Source: an uncultured candidatus Porisulfidus sp. (GTDB taxonomy: Bacteria > Pseudomonadota > Gammaproteobacteria > Poriferisulfidales > Poriferisulfidaceae). Taken from it: a stretch of 64,000 bases of DNA. The notes below the pieces were generated by a model. The model worked only from the letters and a program-made list of their open reading frames with translations, searched no databases and had not been told where the DNA came from. The stretch is taken from contig CBDASZ010000002.1 in NCBI GenBank assembly GCA_965199755.1, forward strand, positions 64,001 to 128,000, in the 5' to 3' direction. This document shows, in pieces, positions 38,420 to 48,933 of this stretch; the stretch's first letter is position 1; every line of letters starts with the position of its first letter. The translations under genes were made by a program, and so were the position numbers.

Positions 38420-39652
38420 TCAACTGCCCGCGTCATCGGACACGCCCGAATCGATCGCGTCACTGCTTTGTAGCGGCACGTACTGGTACACGGCGAAGGT
38501 GCCGTCCTTATGCAGCAAGTAAATCCGGTCCAAATGCACCTCCGGCGGTGCCTGCAGCGGCGAACCTAACGGATGCCGCGCCACAATGCCGCCGTCCGTG
38601 ATGCGTATCCAGTGCAAGTAGCCCTCGAAGTCCACCACAATCGTATACAGTCCTGCCACTGCCGGCGCACTCAGACCGCGATAGGCCAATTCATCCTGCT
38701 TCCAGTGAACGGTGCCATTCTTTCGGTTCAGCGACCACACTGTGCCTTGGGTATCGACCGCATACGTCGCCACCTCATCAATCGCCACGCTGTTTTCGAC
38801 CGGCATTTCGTGTGTCCACAGCACTCGCCCTTCCGTAACATCCACCGCGCCGACCTGACTCAACTGCGCCGCCACGTAGGCCACGCCCTGATCCACATGG
38901 ACCTTGCCGTCCAGATCAACAATGCGCTCCAGTTCGTTGCGCCCGGTGGCCATCGCCACACGCGCGTCCCAGTTCTGCATGCCGTCAGCAATGTTGAAGG
39001 AAATCAGCCGTCCGTCATCGAATCCCACAATCACGCGATCACCGTCCTCAGCCGGCTCGCCAGCGCCACGCAAACTCAGCGGCGGACTGCTGTGTATATG
39101 ACTCCATAGTGTTTCGCCATCAGAACTTGCCAGCATGCTGATGCGCCCATCGTTGGTGCGCACTGCAAGAGAATCTCCACCCACCGCCGCCAGCAGCAAC
39201 ACTTCACTCGGCAGTTTGCGCTTCCAGCGCTGCTTGCCGCTCACGCGATCAAAGGCATACACATGACGCTCCCAAGTGCCCACGTACACGTGTTGATCAT
39301 CCCCTGTGACACCCGCCAGTACCTGACCGTCGATGTCCGCTTCCCAGAGTTGTTTGCCGGTGCCGCGAAGCAGCGCCACCAGATCGCCTGAAGGACTGGC
39401 CAGGAATACATGCTCCTCATCAATCCACGGCGCGAGCTGACTGGTGACATCATCGTAGCTGCCAACCCGATAGTCCCAGATGGGAGTTAGCGCGATCCGA
39501 TTGACCACCGGCTGCAGTGGTGCGGTGCGCAATCCATCATCCTGCCAGAAGGCCAACTCCTCCAGATCCGGCGGAGTAACACAGGCCGACAAGCCGAGTA
39601 TGGCTGTCACACTCACCGCCAAAGCGTGAAACGGTTCTCGGCGCACACGCAT
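38420..39652 (-). CDS. bamB: Outer membrane assembly lipoprotein BamB
   Basis: Lipobox LSAC, PQQ-like propeller repeats, ELERIVDLD, DFEGYLHW; yfgM-bamB-der synteny. Confidence 0.9.
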   Translation of the reverse strand: MRVRREPFHALAVSVTAILGLSACVTPPDLEELAFWQDDGLRTAPLQPVVNRIALTPIWDYRVGSYDDVTSQLAPWIDEEHVFLASPSGDLVALLRGTGKQLWEADIDGQVLAGVTGDDQHVYVGTWERHVYAFDRVSGKQRWKRKLPSEVLLLAAVGGDSLAVRTNDGRISMLASSDGETLWSHIHSSPPLSLRGAGEPAEDGDRVIVGFDDGRLISFNIADGMQNWDARVAMATGRNELERIVDLDGKVHVDQGVAYVAAQLSQVGAVDVTEGRVLWTHEMPVENSVAIDEVATYAVDTQGTVWSLNRKNGTVHWKQDELAYRGLSAPAVAGLYTIVVDFEGYLHWIRITDGGIVARHPLGSPLQAPPEVHLDRIYLLHKDGTFAVYQYVPLQSSDAIDSGVSDDAGS

Positions 39653-39668
39653 GATCTTCTCCTGAGGG

Positions 39669-40343
39669 TTATTCCGCAGGCGCGGATTCGGTGGGTGCGG
39701 TGTCTTCATCAAGCACAGAATCCCCACTTCCCACATCGGCGAGTTTCAGTTCAAGGTACACATTGCCCTGCCCTTTCTCCAGCGCCACCACATATTCCTG
39801 ACGCGCTTCCTCAAAGCGTCCCGCCAATCGGTACAGGTCTCCGCGAATCTCATGCTCCGTCGCCGCGAAGGATTTCTCAATCTCGGTGTCGTCAAGTACC
39901 GCCAGACCCTGCTCCCATTCCTGCGCTGACGCATGCAAATAAGCAAGCCGCAAGGCGGCCATGGACGCAAACGCCGGATCTGACGCATGCTCACGGGTCC
40001 ACGACAGCGCGGCCATCGCCGCGTCACGTTCACCGGCCTCCAGTTGCGCCCGTGCGGCAATCAGACTGGCCATCGCAGCGTACAGAGACGAGCTGTAATC
40101 CTGCTGCAGACGGCGCAAGGTGTCATTCGCCTCCGGCAGTTGCTCCTGCTGCAGAAATCCGCTGTGGTTGCGGTACAACACCGCCGCTTCCTGTGACACC
40201 TGGCCCTGCCAGAGGCCCCAGCCTTTGTAGCCACCGACCGCGACCGCAGCCAGCACCACACCCAAAGTGATCGAGGGGCCGTTTTTCTTCCACCAGCCCT
40301 TGATTTCATCAAGTTGCTGCTGTTCTTCGGGACTTAACGCCAT
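39669..40343 (-). CDS. yfgM: YfgM family TPR membrane protein
   Basis: EEQQ..EIKGWWKKNG, TM, ALRLA, GD; synteny. Confidence 0.88.
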   Translation of the reverse strand: MALSPEEQQQLDEIKGWWKKNGPSITLGVVLAAVAVGGYKGWGLWQGQVSQEAAVLYRNHSGFLQQEQLPEANDTLRRLQQDYSSSLYAAMASLIAARAQLEAGERDAAMAALSWTREHASDPAFASMAALRLAYLHASAQEWEQGLAVLDDTEIEKSFAATEHEIRGDLYRLAGRFEEARQEYVVALEKGQGNVYLELKLADVGSGDSVLDEDTAPTESAPAE

Positions 40344-41611
40344 GATGGTTCTCGCAGATCAGCGAAGTATTCGGCTAACTCTGCAGCGGTATTATCCAAT
40401 ATCACCGTCTGCTGCTCCTGATCGTCGCGCAAGGGCTTGAGCGTGATCTCGCCGCGCGCCACCTCTTCCGCGCCCAAAATCAAGGCCGCTCGCGCACCAC
40501 TTTTGTCGGCGCGACGCATCTGCGCTTTCATGCTGCCGCCGTCCATGTTCATCCGCACCCGCACACCCGGCAAGTTCTGCCTGATGTCTTGTGCCAGACT
40601 CCATGCCCGTGCGCTCGCCTCTTCACCCAGCGCGATCAGATAAACATCGGCCACAGTCGCCTCCACTTCAGCGACCAACTCGCGAATGCGCTCCAGACCC
40701 AGCGCGAAACCCGCCGCCGGCGTCGCCTTTCCGCCTAACTGTTCCACCAGACGGTTGTAGCGCCCGCCACCACCGAGCGCCGACTGTGCGCCCAGATCAT
40801 CGCTGAGCCACTCGAACACTGTGCGGTCGTAGTAATCCAGTCCGCGCACCAGATTCGGTGCGAGTTCGTAGGTGATGCCCTGCGCATCCAGAATTTCTCG
40901 AAGACCATCAAAGTGCGCTCGCGAGGCACCGCCCAGAAAGTCTGACAAAGGTGGCGCGCCCGCAATCAATTCCTGCATCGACTCGGACTTGCTGTCGAGC
41001 AGGCGCAATGGGTTGCTCTGCATACGGCGCTGATCATCATCACCCAGCTGGGATGCGGCCCCGGAAAAATACTCCACCAGCCGCGCACGCCATTGTGCGC
41101 GCTCATCTTCATCTCCCAGTGTGTTCAGTGCCAGACGCGGCTGCAGTCCCAGACGTTTCCAGCCCAGTGCGCCCATTAGAAGCAACTCGGCATCCGCATC
41201 CGGGCCTTCCATGCCGAAGGCTTCAACCCCGAACTGGTGGAACTGCCGCAAGCGGCCGCGCTGCGGACGCTCGCGCCGAAAGAATGCTCCGCGATACCAT
41301 AAACGTTGTTGCTGGTTCGGCACCAGACCATGCTGGATAGCAGCGCGAACACAACCTGCGGTGCCTTCCGGGCACAGACTCAGGGATTCGCCGTCGCGAT
41401 CCTCAAAGCTGTACATCTCCTTGCCGACAATATCGGTCGATTCGCCCACCGAGCGCCGATACAACTCGCTGAACTCCAACGTCGGCATGCGGATCTCTTC
41501 GTAGCCGAAGTCCCGCGCCACACCTTCGAAGGTTTGTTCAATAGCGCGCATCTGCCGCGCGTCTTCCGGCAGCGCGTCGTGCATGCCTCGCACTGAGCGC
41601 AACTGGCTCAC
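40334..41611 (-). CDS. hisS: Histidine-tRNA ligase
   Basis: RGMHD, KEMY, PEGTA, RERPQRGR.RQF.Q, LVRGLDYY, GGRY. Confidence 0.97.
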   Translation of the reverse strand: MSQLRSVRGMHDALPEDARQMRAIEQTFEGVARDFGYEEIRMPTLEFSELYRRSVGESTDIVGKEMYSFEDRDGESLSLCPEGTAGCVRAAIQHGLVPNQQQRLWYRGAFFRRERPQRGRLRQFHQFGVEAFGMEGPDADAELLLMGALGWKRLGLQPRLALNTLGDEDERAQWRARLVEYFSGAASQLGDDDQRRMQSNPLRLLDSKSESMQELIAGAPPLSDFLGGASRAHFDGLREILDAQGITYELAPNLVRGLDYYDRTVFEWLSDDLGAQSALGGGGRYNRLVEQLGGKATPAAGFALGLERIRELVAEVEATVADVYLIALGEEASARAWSLAQDIRQNLPGVRVRMNMDGGSMKAQMRRADKSGARAALILGAEEVARGEITLKPLRDDQEQQTVILDNTAAELAEYFADLREPSWR

Positions 41612-41657
41612 GTCACACCTCGGCTAATGACTGCGCCCGTGCGCCCGGGGCTCATAT

Positions 41658-42089
41658 TCATCGGGTCCGAGGACAGATCTCCTCGGCCTTGAAGAAGAAA
41701 TCGATCTCTTGACGCGCGGTATCCGGGCCATCTGACCCATGCACCGCGTTCTCATCCACCTCGGTGGCGAAATCCGCGCGAATCGTACCCGGTGCGGCAT
41801 CCGCCGGGTTGGTCGCGCCCATCACTTCGCGATTGCGCGCAATGGCGTCTTCCCCTTCCAGCACCTGCACCAGAATCGGACCGGACGTCATAAACTCCAC
41901 TAGGTCCGCATAAAACGGACGCTCTTTGTGCACGGCGTAAAACGCACCCGCCTGTTCAGGCGTCAGGTGCATCATACGCGCCGCAATGATGCGCAGGCCC
42001 GCGGCTTCAAAACGCTGATAAATCTCGCCGAGGTGATTCTTACCGACTGCATCCGGCTTGATGATGGAAAGGGTCTGTTCGATCGCCAT
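41658..42089 (-). CDS. ndk: Nucleoside diphosphate kinase
   Basis: [26 protein letters not shown]. Confidence 0.97.
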   Translation of the reverse strand: MAIEQTLSIIKPDAVGKNHLGEIYQRFEAAGLRIIAARMMHLTPEQAGAFYAVHKERPFYADLVEFMTSGPILVQVLEGEDAIARNREVMGATNPADAAPGTIRADFATEVDENAVHGSDGPDTARQEIDFFFKAEEICPRTR

Positions 42090-42430
42090 GAATAAGTACC
42101 TGTCCGGTTTGGACCGGGATTCTGTCAGAAAGTGAATGCCTAGGCTGTCGCCGCTGGCGTATTTTACTGCCTAGTCAGTCGGGCCTGCACGAATCAGAGG
42201 CTGAATAGTTCCTTTGGAGATTCGCACACCATCACATACCTCCAGCATCTCCTATCCCATAATCGTAAGATCTTGAATAGTGCTGTTCTCTCGACCTTAC
42301 CCCCGACTCCATAACGGGCATGGGCCGAGATTCGGACTTGCACTGAAATATGCGATAGGGCACCGGCCACGCCTGGCTTGCAGCGCCTGCGGTCGCTAAT
42401 CCATTTCCTCTTTCGGCATTCGCCGAGCAT

Positions 42431-42460
42431 AAAAAAGGGGCCTCCGCAATGGAGGCCCCT
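42431..42460 (-). terminator. Intrinsic terminator after groEL
   Basis: AGGGGCCTCC-5 nt loop-GGAGGCCCCT followed by a T run on the minus strand. Confidence 0.88.
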
Positions 42461-42486
42461 CATCTTTGGACGAGAGCGTCCGATGA

Positions 42487-44154
<1,668 letters not shown>

Positions 44155-44185
44155 TCAGGTTGTGTGTAAGTAAGTTGAGTCGGAT

Positions 44186-44476
44186 TCAGTCCGTGATGAC
44201 GGCCATGATGTCGTCTTCACGCATCACCACCAGTTCCTCACCATCCAGCTTGCATTCCGTGCCGGAATATTTGCCGAACAGAACATGGTCGCCGACCTTG
44301 ACGCCAAGCGCCTGGGTCTTGCCATCATCCGTCACCTTGCCTGGTCCGACGGCCAGCACTTCGCCGCGTACCGGTTTTTCCGTTGCGTTGTCCGGGATCA
44401 CAATGCCTCCGGGACTGGTGCGCTCTTCTTCGAGACGCTTGATAACCACGCGGTCATGTAAAGGCTGAAGCTTCAT
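44186..44476 (-). CDS. groS: Co-chaperonin GroES
   Basis: PLHDRV, GGIVIPD, AVGPG, FGKYSG. Confidence 0.98.
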   Translation of the reverse strand: MKLQPLHDRVVIKRLEEERTSPGGIVIPDNATEKPVRGEVLAVGPGKVTDDGKTQALGVKVGDHVLFGKYSGTECKLDGEELVVMREDDIMAVITD

Positions 44477-44565
44477 AGAAAAACTCCTGAAAGTTATTTA
44501 TTGATCAATGAATTACTAGTGGACGGAGAAGCAATTTGCGGTTGCAGCCCATCCGGGTGCCTAAT

Positions 44566-44596
44566 ATATGGGGACACCCGAAAGTAAATTCAAGGG
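44566..44596 (-). promoter_or_regulatory. Sigma32 (RpoH) heat-shock promoter of groESL
   Basis: CCCTTGAA-15 bp-CCCCATAT on the minus strand. Confidence 0.8.
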
Positions 44597-44638
44597 CTGC
44601 GGAATATCCTAAAATGGCACCGCAAGCACATCTCCACG

Positions 44639-46204
44639 ATGCCCCATTTTACTACCCTGCCCCTACGCCGCGCATTATTGAGCGTGTCGGACAAGAGCGG
44701 CATTGTGCCGCTAGCGCAAACGCTCGCTGAGGCGGGCGTGGAATTACTCTCGACCGGCGGCACCGCCGCCGCCTTGCGCGACGCCGGCCTCACCGTGCAA
44801 GAGGTCGCCGATATCACGGGCTTCCCGGAAATCATGGGCGGGCGCGTCAAGACCCTGCATCCGAAAATCCACGGCGGACTGCTCGCACGCGGCGCGGAAG
44901 ATGAAGAGGTCTGCGAACAACACGGCATCACCCCCATCGATCTTCTGATCGTCAACCTGTACCCGTTCGCGCAGACCATCGCGCAACCGGACTGCACCCG
45001 CGAGGATGCCATTGAGAATATCGACATCGGCGGCCCGGCGATGCTGCGCGCAGCGGCCAAGAACCATGCGCATTGCTGCGTGCTGGTGGACCCAGAAGAC
45101 TATCCGCGCATGATCGAGTGCGTGGCTGCAGGTGACGACGTTGACGCCGAGTGGCGGTTTGAACTCGCAGCCAAGGCATTCGCGCACACCGCGGCGTATG
45201 ACGCGCATATTGCCTCATATCTGTACCAACAACTGGATCCGGAAGCGCGGTTCGGGCGGCGGCTGAATCTGACACTGGAGCGCAAAAGCGCCCTGCGCTA
45301 CGGCGAGAATCCGCATCAGCAAGCGGCGTTCTACCAGTTCCCGCAAGCACCTACCGGCACACTGGCCGCGGCAACTTTGCATCAGGGACAGGAGTTGTCC
45401 TACAACAATCTCGGCGACACTGACGCGGCCTGGGAGTGCGTCCATGAGTTCACCGAACCCGCCTGCGTCATCGTCAAGCACGCCAATCCGTGCGGCGTCG
45501 CGCAAGCCGAAGACTCGGACGCCGCGTATGAAGCGGCCTATCAGACTGATCCGACCTCCGCATTCGGCGGCATCATCGCCTTCAACCGAAGCGTCGATGG
45601 CGCGCTTGCGCAGAAAATCATTGATCAGCAGTTCGTCGAGGTACTGATTGCGCCAGAGTTCGCCCCGGAGGCGCTGGAAGCGCTGTCCGCCAAACCCAAG
45701 CTGCGCGTACTTGAAGCCGGCGTGCTGCAACTCAGTGAACATTGCGCCCTCGTGCACAGCGTCAGCGGCGGATTGCTGGTGCAGACCGTGGATGATGAAC
45801 TTGTCGCCGAGGAGCCGCGCGTGGTCACCGAACGCGCGCCGAGCGCAGCCGAGCACGACAGCCTAATGTTCGCCTGGAAAGTCGCCAAATACGTCAAGTC
45901 CAATGCCATTGTGTACGCGCGGGACACGCGCACGATTGGTGTGGGTGCCGGTCAGATGAGCCGCGTCTACTCCGCGCGCATCGCCGCCATCAAGGCTGCT
46001 GATGAGCAGTTGCCGCTAGACGGCGCGGTTATGGCCTCTGATGCGTTCTTCCCGTTTCGCGACAGCATTGACACCGCCCACGAGGCGGGCATTACCGCCG
46101 TCATTCAGCCCGGCGGCAGTCTGCGTGATGAGGAAGCAATCGCCGCAGCCAACGAGCACGGCATGGCGATGGTGATGACCGGAATGCGACACTTCCGGCA
46201 CTGA
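44639..46204 (+). CDS. purH: AICAR transformylase/IMP cyclohydrolase
   Basis: [49 protein letters not shown]. Confidence 0.98.
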   Translation: MPHFTTLPLRRALLSVSDKSGIVPLAQTLAEAGVELLSTGGTAAALRDAGLTVQEVADITGFPEIMGGRVKTLHPKIHGGLLARGAEDEEVCEQHGITPIDLLIVNLYPFAQTIAQPDCTREDAIENIDIGGPAMLRAAAKNHAHCCVLVDPEDYPRMIECVAAGDDVDAEWRFELAAKAFAHTAAYDAHIASYLYQQLDPEARFGRRLNLTLERKSALRYGENPHQQAAFYQFPQAPTGTLAAATLHQGQELSYNNLGDTDAAWECVHEFTEPACVIVKHANPCGVAQAEDSDAAYEAAYQTDPTSAFGGIIAFNRSVDGALAQKIIDQQFVEVLIAPEFAPEALEALSAKPKLRVLEAGVLQLSEHCALVHSVSGGLLVQTVDDELVAEEPRVVTERAPSAAEHDSLMFAWKVAKYVKSNAIVYARDTRTIGVGAGQMSRVYSARIAAIKAADEQLPLDGAVMASDAFFPFRDSIDTAHEAGITAVIQPGGSLRDEEAIAAANEHGMAMVMTGMRHFRH

Positions 46205-46224
46205 TTCGGGCTGAGACTTCTTAA

Positions 46225-46758
46225 TTAACGATTGAACGGCAGCTTGGTCAGCATCATGGCCATGCCACACGAACCGCTCGCGCCGGCATAGAACAGCCCG
46301 GCACCAATCAGTCCCGACAACCAGAAGTAACTGGGGTTGACCCACGTGCCGAGCGCCACGCCAAGCACTACCAGACCGCCGGCGATCATCTGCACCTGGC
46401 GCATGATCTCAATCGGCGGGCCGCCTTCGGACTCCACCGGATAGCCGGCCTTTTTCCATTCCTGAATGCCGCCTTTCATCACGAAGGTCTGCGGGTAGCC
46501 GACCGCGGCGAGTTGCTCAGCATGCACTTGCGTGCGCCGCCCGCTGCGACAATGAAAAATCCCCGCCTTGTCGCCCGGTGCAACTGACAAGCCGGCCTCC
46601 AGCCCTTCCAGCGGGACCCAGCGCGCACCGGGAATCTTCATACTCTTGCGCTCCCCGGACTCGCGGATGTCAATAATTTCCGCTGCGCCCGCATCCAGTT
46701 GCTGGCGCGCCTCTTCCACAGTGATTTCCTGAACAGTCATGATTTCCTCCGTAGTCAT
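46225..46758 (-). CDS. Membrane-anchored rhodanese (YgaP-like, rhodanese + DUF2892)
   Basis: IDIRE, HCRSGRR active-site Cys, GG..W, RQVQ + two C-terminal TM helices, CGMA. Confidence 0.87.
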   Translation of the reverse strand: MTTEEIMTVQEITVEEARQQLDAGAAEIIDIRESGERKSMKIPGARWVPLEGLEAGLSVAPGDKAGIFHCRSGRRTQVHAEQLAAVGYPQTFVMKGGIQEWKKAGYPVESEGGPPIEIMRQVQMIAGGLVVLGVALGTWVNPSYFWLSGLIGAGLFYAGASGSCGMAMMLTKLPFNR

Positions 46759-46781
46759 GCAGAGTTCTATTTTAAGCCCGT

Positions 46782-47411
46782 CTACAGCCAGTACGCCGTG
46801 CCGGTCATCACCCGGGACGCCACCGCCATCCCTTGGCGGACTTCTTCCGGCAGCGGAATCGCGCCAGCCTGTTCGGCTTTTCGCCGATGCGCATCCTCAT
46901 CCCCACGCATGCGCGTGACAATGGCGCGGCTGCGTGCGTCCTCCTCAGGCAGTTGCTCCAGATGCGACTTCAGGTGCGCGCCGACCTGACGCTCTGTCTC
47001 CTCCACAAAGCCCAGACTGTAGCGATCGCCCGCAAGTCCTACCGCAAACCCGATCGTAAATGAGCCCAAGGCCCAGAACGGGGTCAGATAACTGATGCGC
47101 GAGTCCAACTCCCGTAAGCGCTCGGAGCACCAGTTCAGATGCGCTGTCTCAGAGCGCGCAGCATCCAGCAGATGTTCGCGCACCGTGGATGATCGCGCCA
47201 CCATGGCCTGCCCCAAGTACAGTCCCTGCGCGGCGATCTCGCCGGCATGGTTGACTCGCATAAACGCAGCTGAGCGCGAGCGCTCTTTTTTGCTGAGTTC
47301 GCCGTCTTCCACATTGGCCGCTGGACTGGGGTGGTCAGACGCCGATATTGGCGTGCGCGCTATTTCCGCAAATCGCTGAAACCCGATCATCACTCGATCC
47401 AAAATATCCAT
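46782..47411 (-). CDS. coq7: Demethoxyubiquinone hydroxylase (di-iron Coq7)
   Basis: MRVNHAGE, LY.GQ, E..HL.WC, ETERQV..HL, DE..H. Confidence 0.93.
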   Translation of the reverse strand: MDILDRVMIGFQRFAEIARTPISASDHPSPAANVEDGELSKKERSRSAAFMRVNHAGEIAAQGLYLGQAMVARSSTVREHLLDAARSETAHLNWCSERLRELDSRISYLTPFWALGSFTIGFAVGLAGDRYSLGFVEETERQVGAHLKSHLEQLPEEDARSRAIVTRMRGDEDAHRRKAEQAGAIPLPEEVRQGMAVASRVMTGTAYWL

Positions 47412-47423
47412 AACACATACCCC

Positions 47424-48620
47424 CTAATAGGTTCTCTGCAATTGCTCCTGCAACAAGTTTACAGGATGGCAGACCCGCGCCTCGTGACTGCTCTCGCGCA
47501 GCACCTGGCGCAGGTGCATCGCGCACCCGATATTGGCCGTCAGCAACGTGTCCGCGCCGCTGTCGCGAAACTCCGCCACCACGCGCTCACCCAGATCCCG
47601 TGCCTGATCCGGTGCCTGAAACGTGGTCATGCCGCCGGCCCCGCAACACAAACTGCCCTCGGCCTCGAACAGGCGCAATTGCGGGATGCGCGCGAGCAAC
47701 TCCCGCGTCGCTTCACTGTGCCCCGGAATCTGTCGCGCCGTACACGGCTGATGCAACCACACCTTGCTTGCACTGGGTCGAAACTGCAAGCGCCCCTGCA
47801 TCGCTGACAGATACTGCAACACCTCCCGATGCCGCGACGCCCAGGTGGTGGCTTTCGGATCGTCGCAATGCTGCGGATAGTCGCGGAACTCAAGTGCACA
47901 GCCGGTCGCCACGGAAGTCAGTACATTGCAAGACTGCGCACGGGAACAGCCCAGATTGGCACGCACCTGGACGTCAGAGCGCGTGTCGTCTCCCTGATGC
48001 CGCGCCAAAGCACCGCAACAACCGCCGCCATCAATCCAGCGCACCCGCGCGCCCGTGTGCTCCAATAGTGCGGCGGCATCGTTTAAGGTCGCGCGATCCA
48101 CCACATCCGTGACGCAGCCGGTGAACAGGCCGATCTCGTCCACGCCCTCCTGCGTCGACAATGCGCGCCGCCGCCACTGCACGCGCGAAGGCAGCACTGC
48201 CACGACGTGATGCGGTTTCCATTTCTGCCAGCGCGACAGTACACCGCTGACGCTTGCCAGCCACAAGGTGGTACGCAGCAGCATCTTGCGTACGGGAGAG
48301 CGGAACAGGAAGTCCTGCCACAGCCGGCGCACCGGCCAACGTTTGCGCGCCTGGTCCATTAAATGAGCAAACGGCACCTGCGCCGGACACACCGCTTCAC
48401 ACGCCCGGCACATCAGACAGGCATCCAGTCGCGCCCGCACCGTGGTATCTGGCTGCAGCGCACCGCCCGCTAGCGCCGCGATCAATTCCACTCGCCCGCG
48501 TGGCGAGTCGCTTTCGCGCTGTGAATGCGACCAGCTCGGACACTGCGGCAGACACAGGCCACACTTGACGCACTGCCCGGCCGCCGCGCTGAGGTCATGG
48601 AGAGAGGAATGCGAGTTCAT
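47424..48620 (-). CDS. GlcF-like Fe-S protein (2x[4Fe-4S] + two CCG domains)
   Basis: CVKCGLCLPQCP, SPRGR, CLMCRACEAVCP, CCGA twice, TANIGC. Confidence 0.85.
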   Translation of the reverse strand: MNSHSSLHDLSAAAGQCVKCGLCLPQCPSWSHSQRESDSPRGRVELIAALAGGALQPDTTVRARLDACLMCRACEAVCPAQVPFAHLMDQARKRWPVRRLWQDFLFRSPVRKMLLRTTLWLASVSGVLSRWQKWKPHHVVAVLPSRVQWRRRALSTQEGVDEIGLFTGCVTDVVDRATLNDAAALLEHTGARVRWIDGGGCCGALARHQGDDTRSDVQVRANLGCSRAQSCNVLTSVATGCALEFRDYPQHCDDPKATTWASRHREVLQYLSAMQGRLQFRPSASKVWLHQPCTARQIPGHSEATRELLARIPQLRLFEAEGSLCCGAGGMTTFQAPDQARDLGERVVAEFRDSGADTLLTANIGCAMHLRQVLRESSHEARVCHPVNLLQEQLQRTY

Positions 48621-48746
48621 GTGTACACCTTAACAGAGAAACCACACAGCTGAGTGCCTCTATAGGAAAATTTTTGCGTCCTGTTGCAACTCACCAAAAA
48701 ATCATATTGCGCACCCAGACTGTGCGCATCCCTAGGCCTTATCGGA

Positions 48747-48788
48747 CAACTCACAGGTTATCCACCGATTACCCACCGCAGGCGCACA
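48747..48788 (+). promoter_or_regulatory. Array of DnaA-box-like 9-mers upstream of nrdA
   Basis: TTATCCACC, TTACCCACC plus weaker CAACTCACA and AGGCGCACA at an exact 11-bp period. Confidence 0.6.
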
Positions 48789-48806
48789 ACTAATGCTACC
48801 CCTAAT

Positions 48807-48854
48807 ACACAAGTAGTAGCGCTTGACAATGAGTGAAAACACTATATATTGTTA
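48807..48854 (+). promoter_or_regulatory. Tandem NrdR boxes overlapping the nrdA sigma70 promoter
   Basis: ACACAAGTAGTAGCGC (48807) and ACACTATATATTGTTA (48839), 32 bp apart; TTGACA (48823) -16 bp- TATATT (48845). Confidence 0.82.
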
Positions 48855-48933
48855 GCAGGGATTTTGCCCCCTAGTGTTCAGGCTCGCTAAACCTGAACCT
48901 GAAAAGCCAAATAATTTGGAGGACAACAGCTCA

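Noticed and set aside
44535-44565. Possible CIRCE element downstream of the groES promoter
   Set aside because: Only TTAGGCACCC resembles the left arm; no GAGTGCTAA right arm at 9-bp spacing
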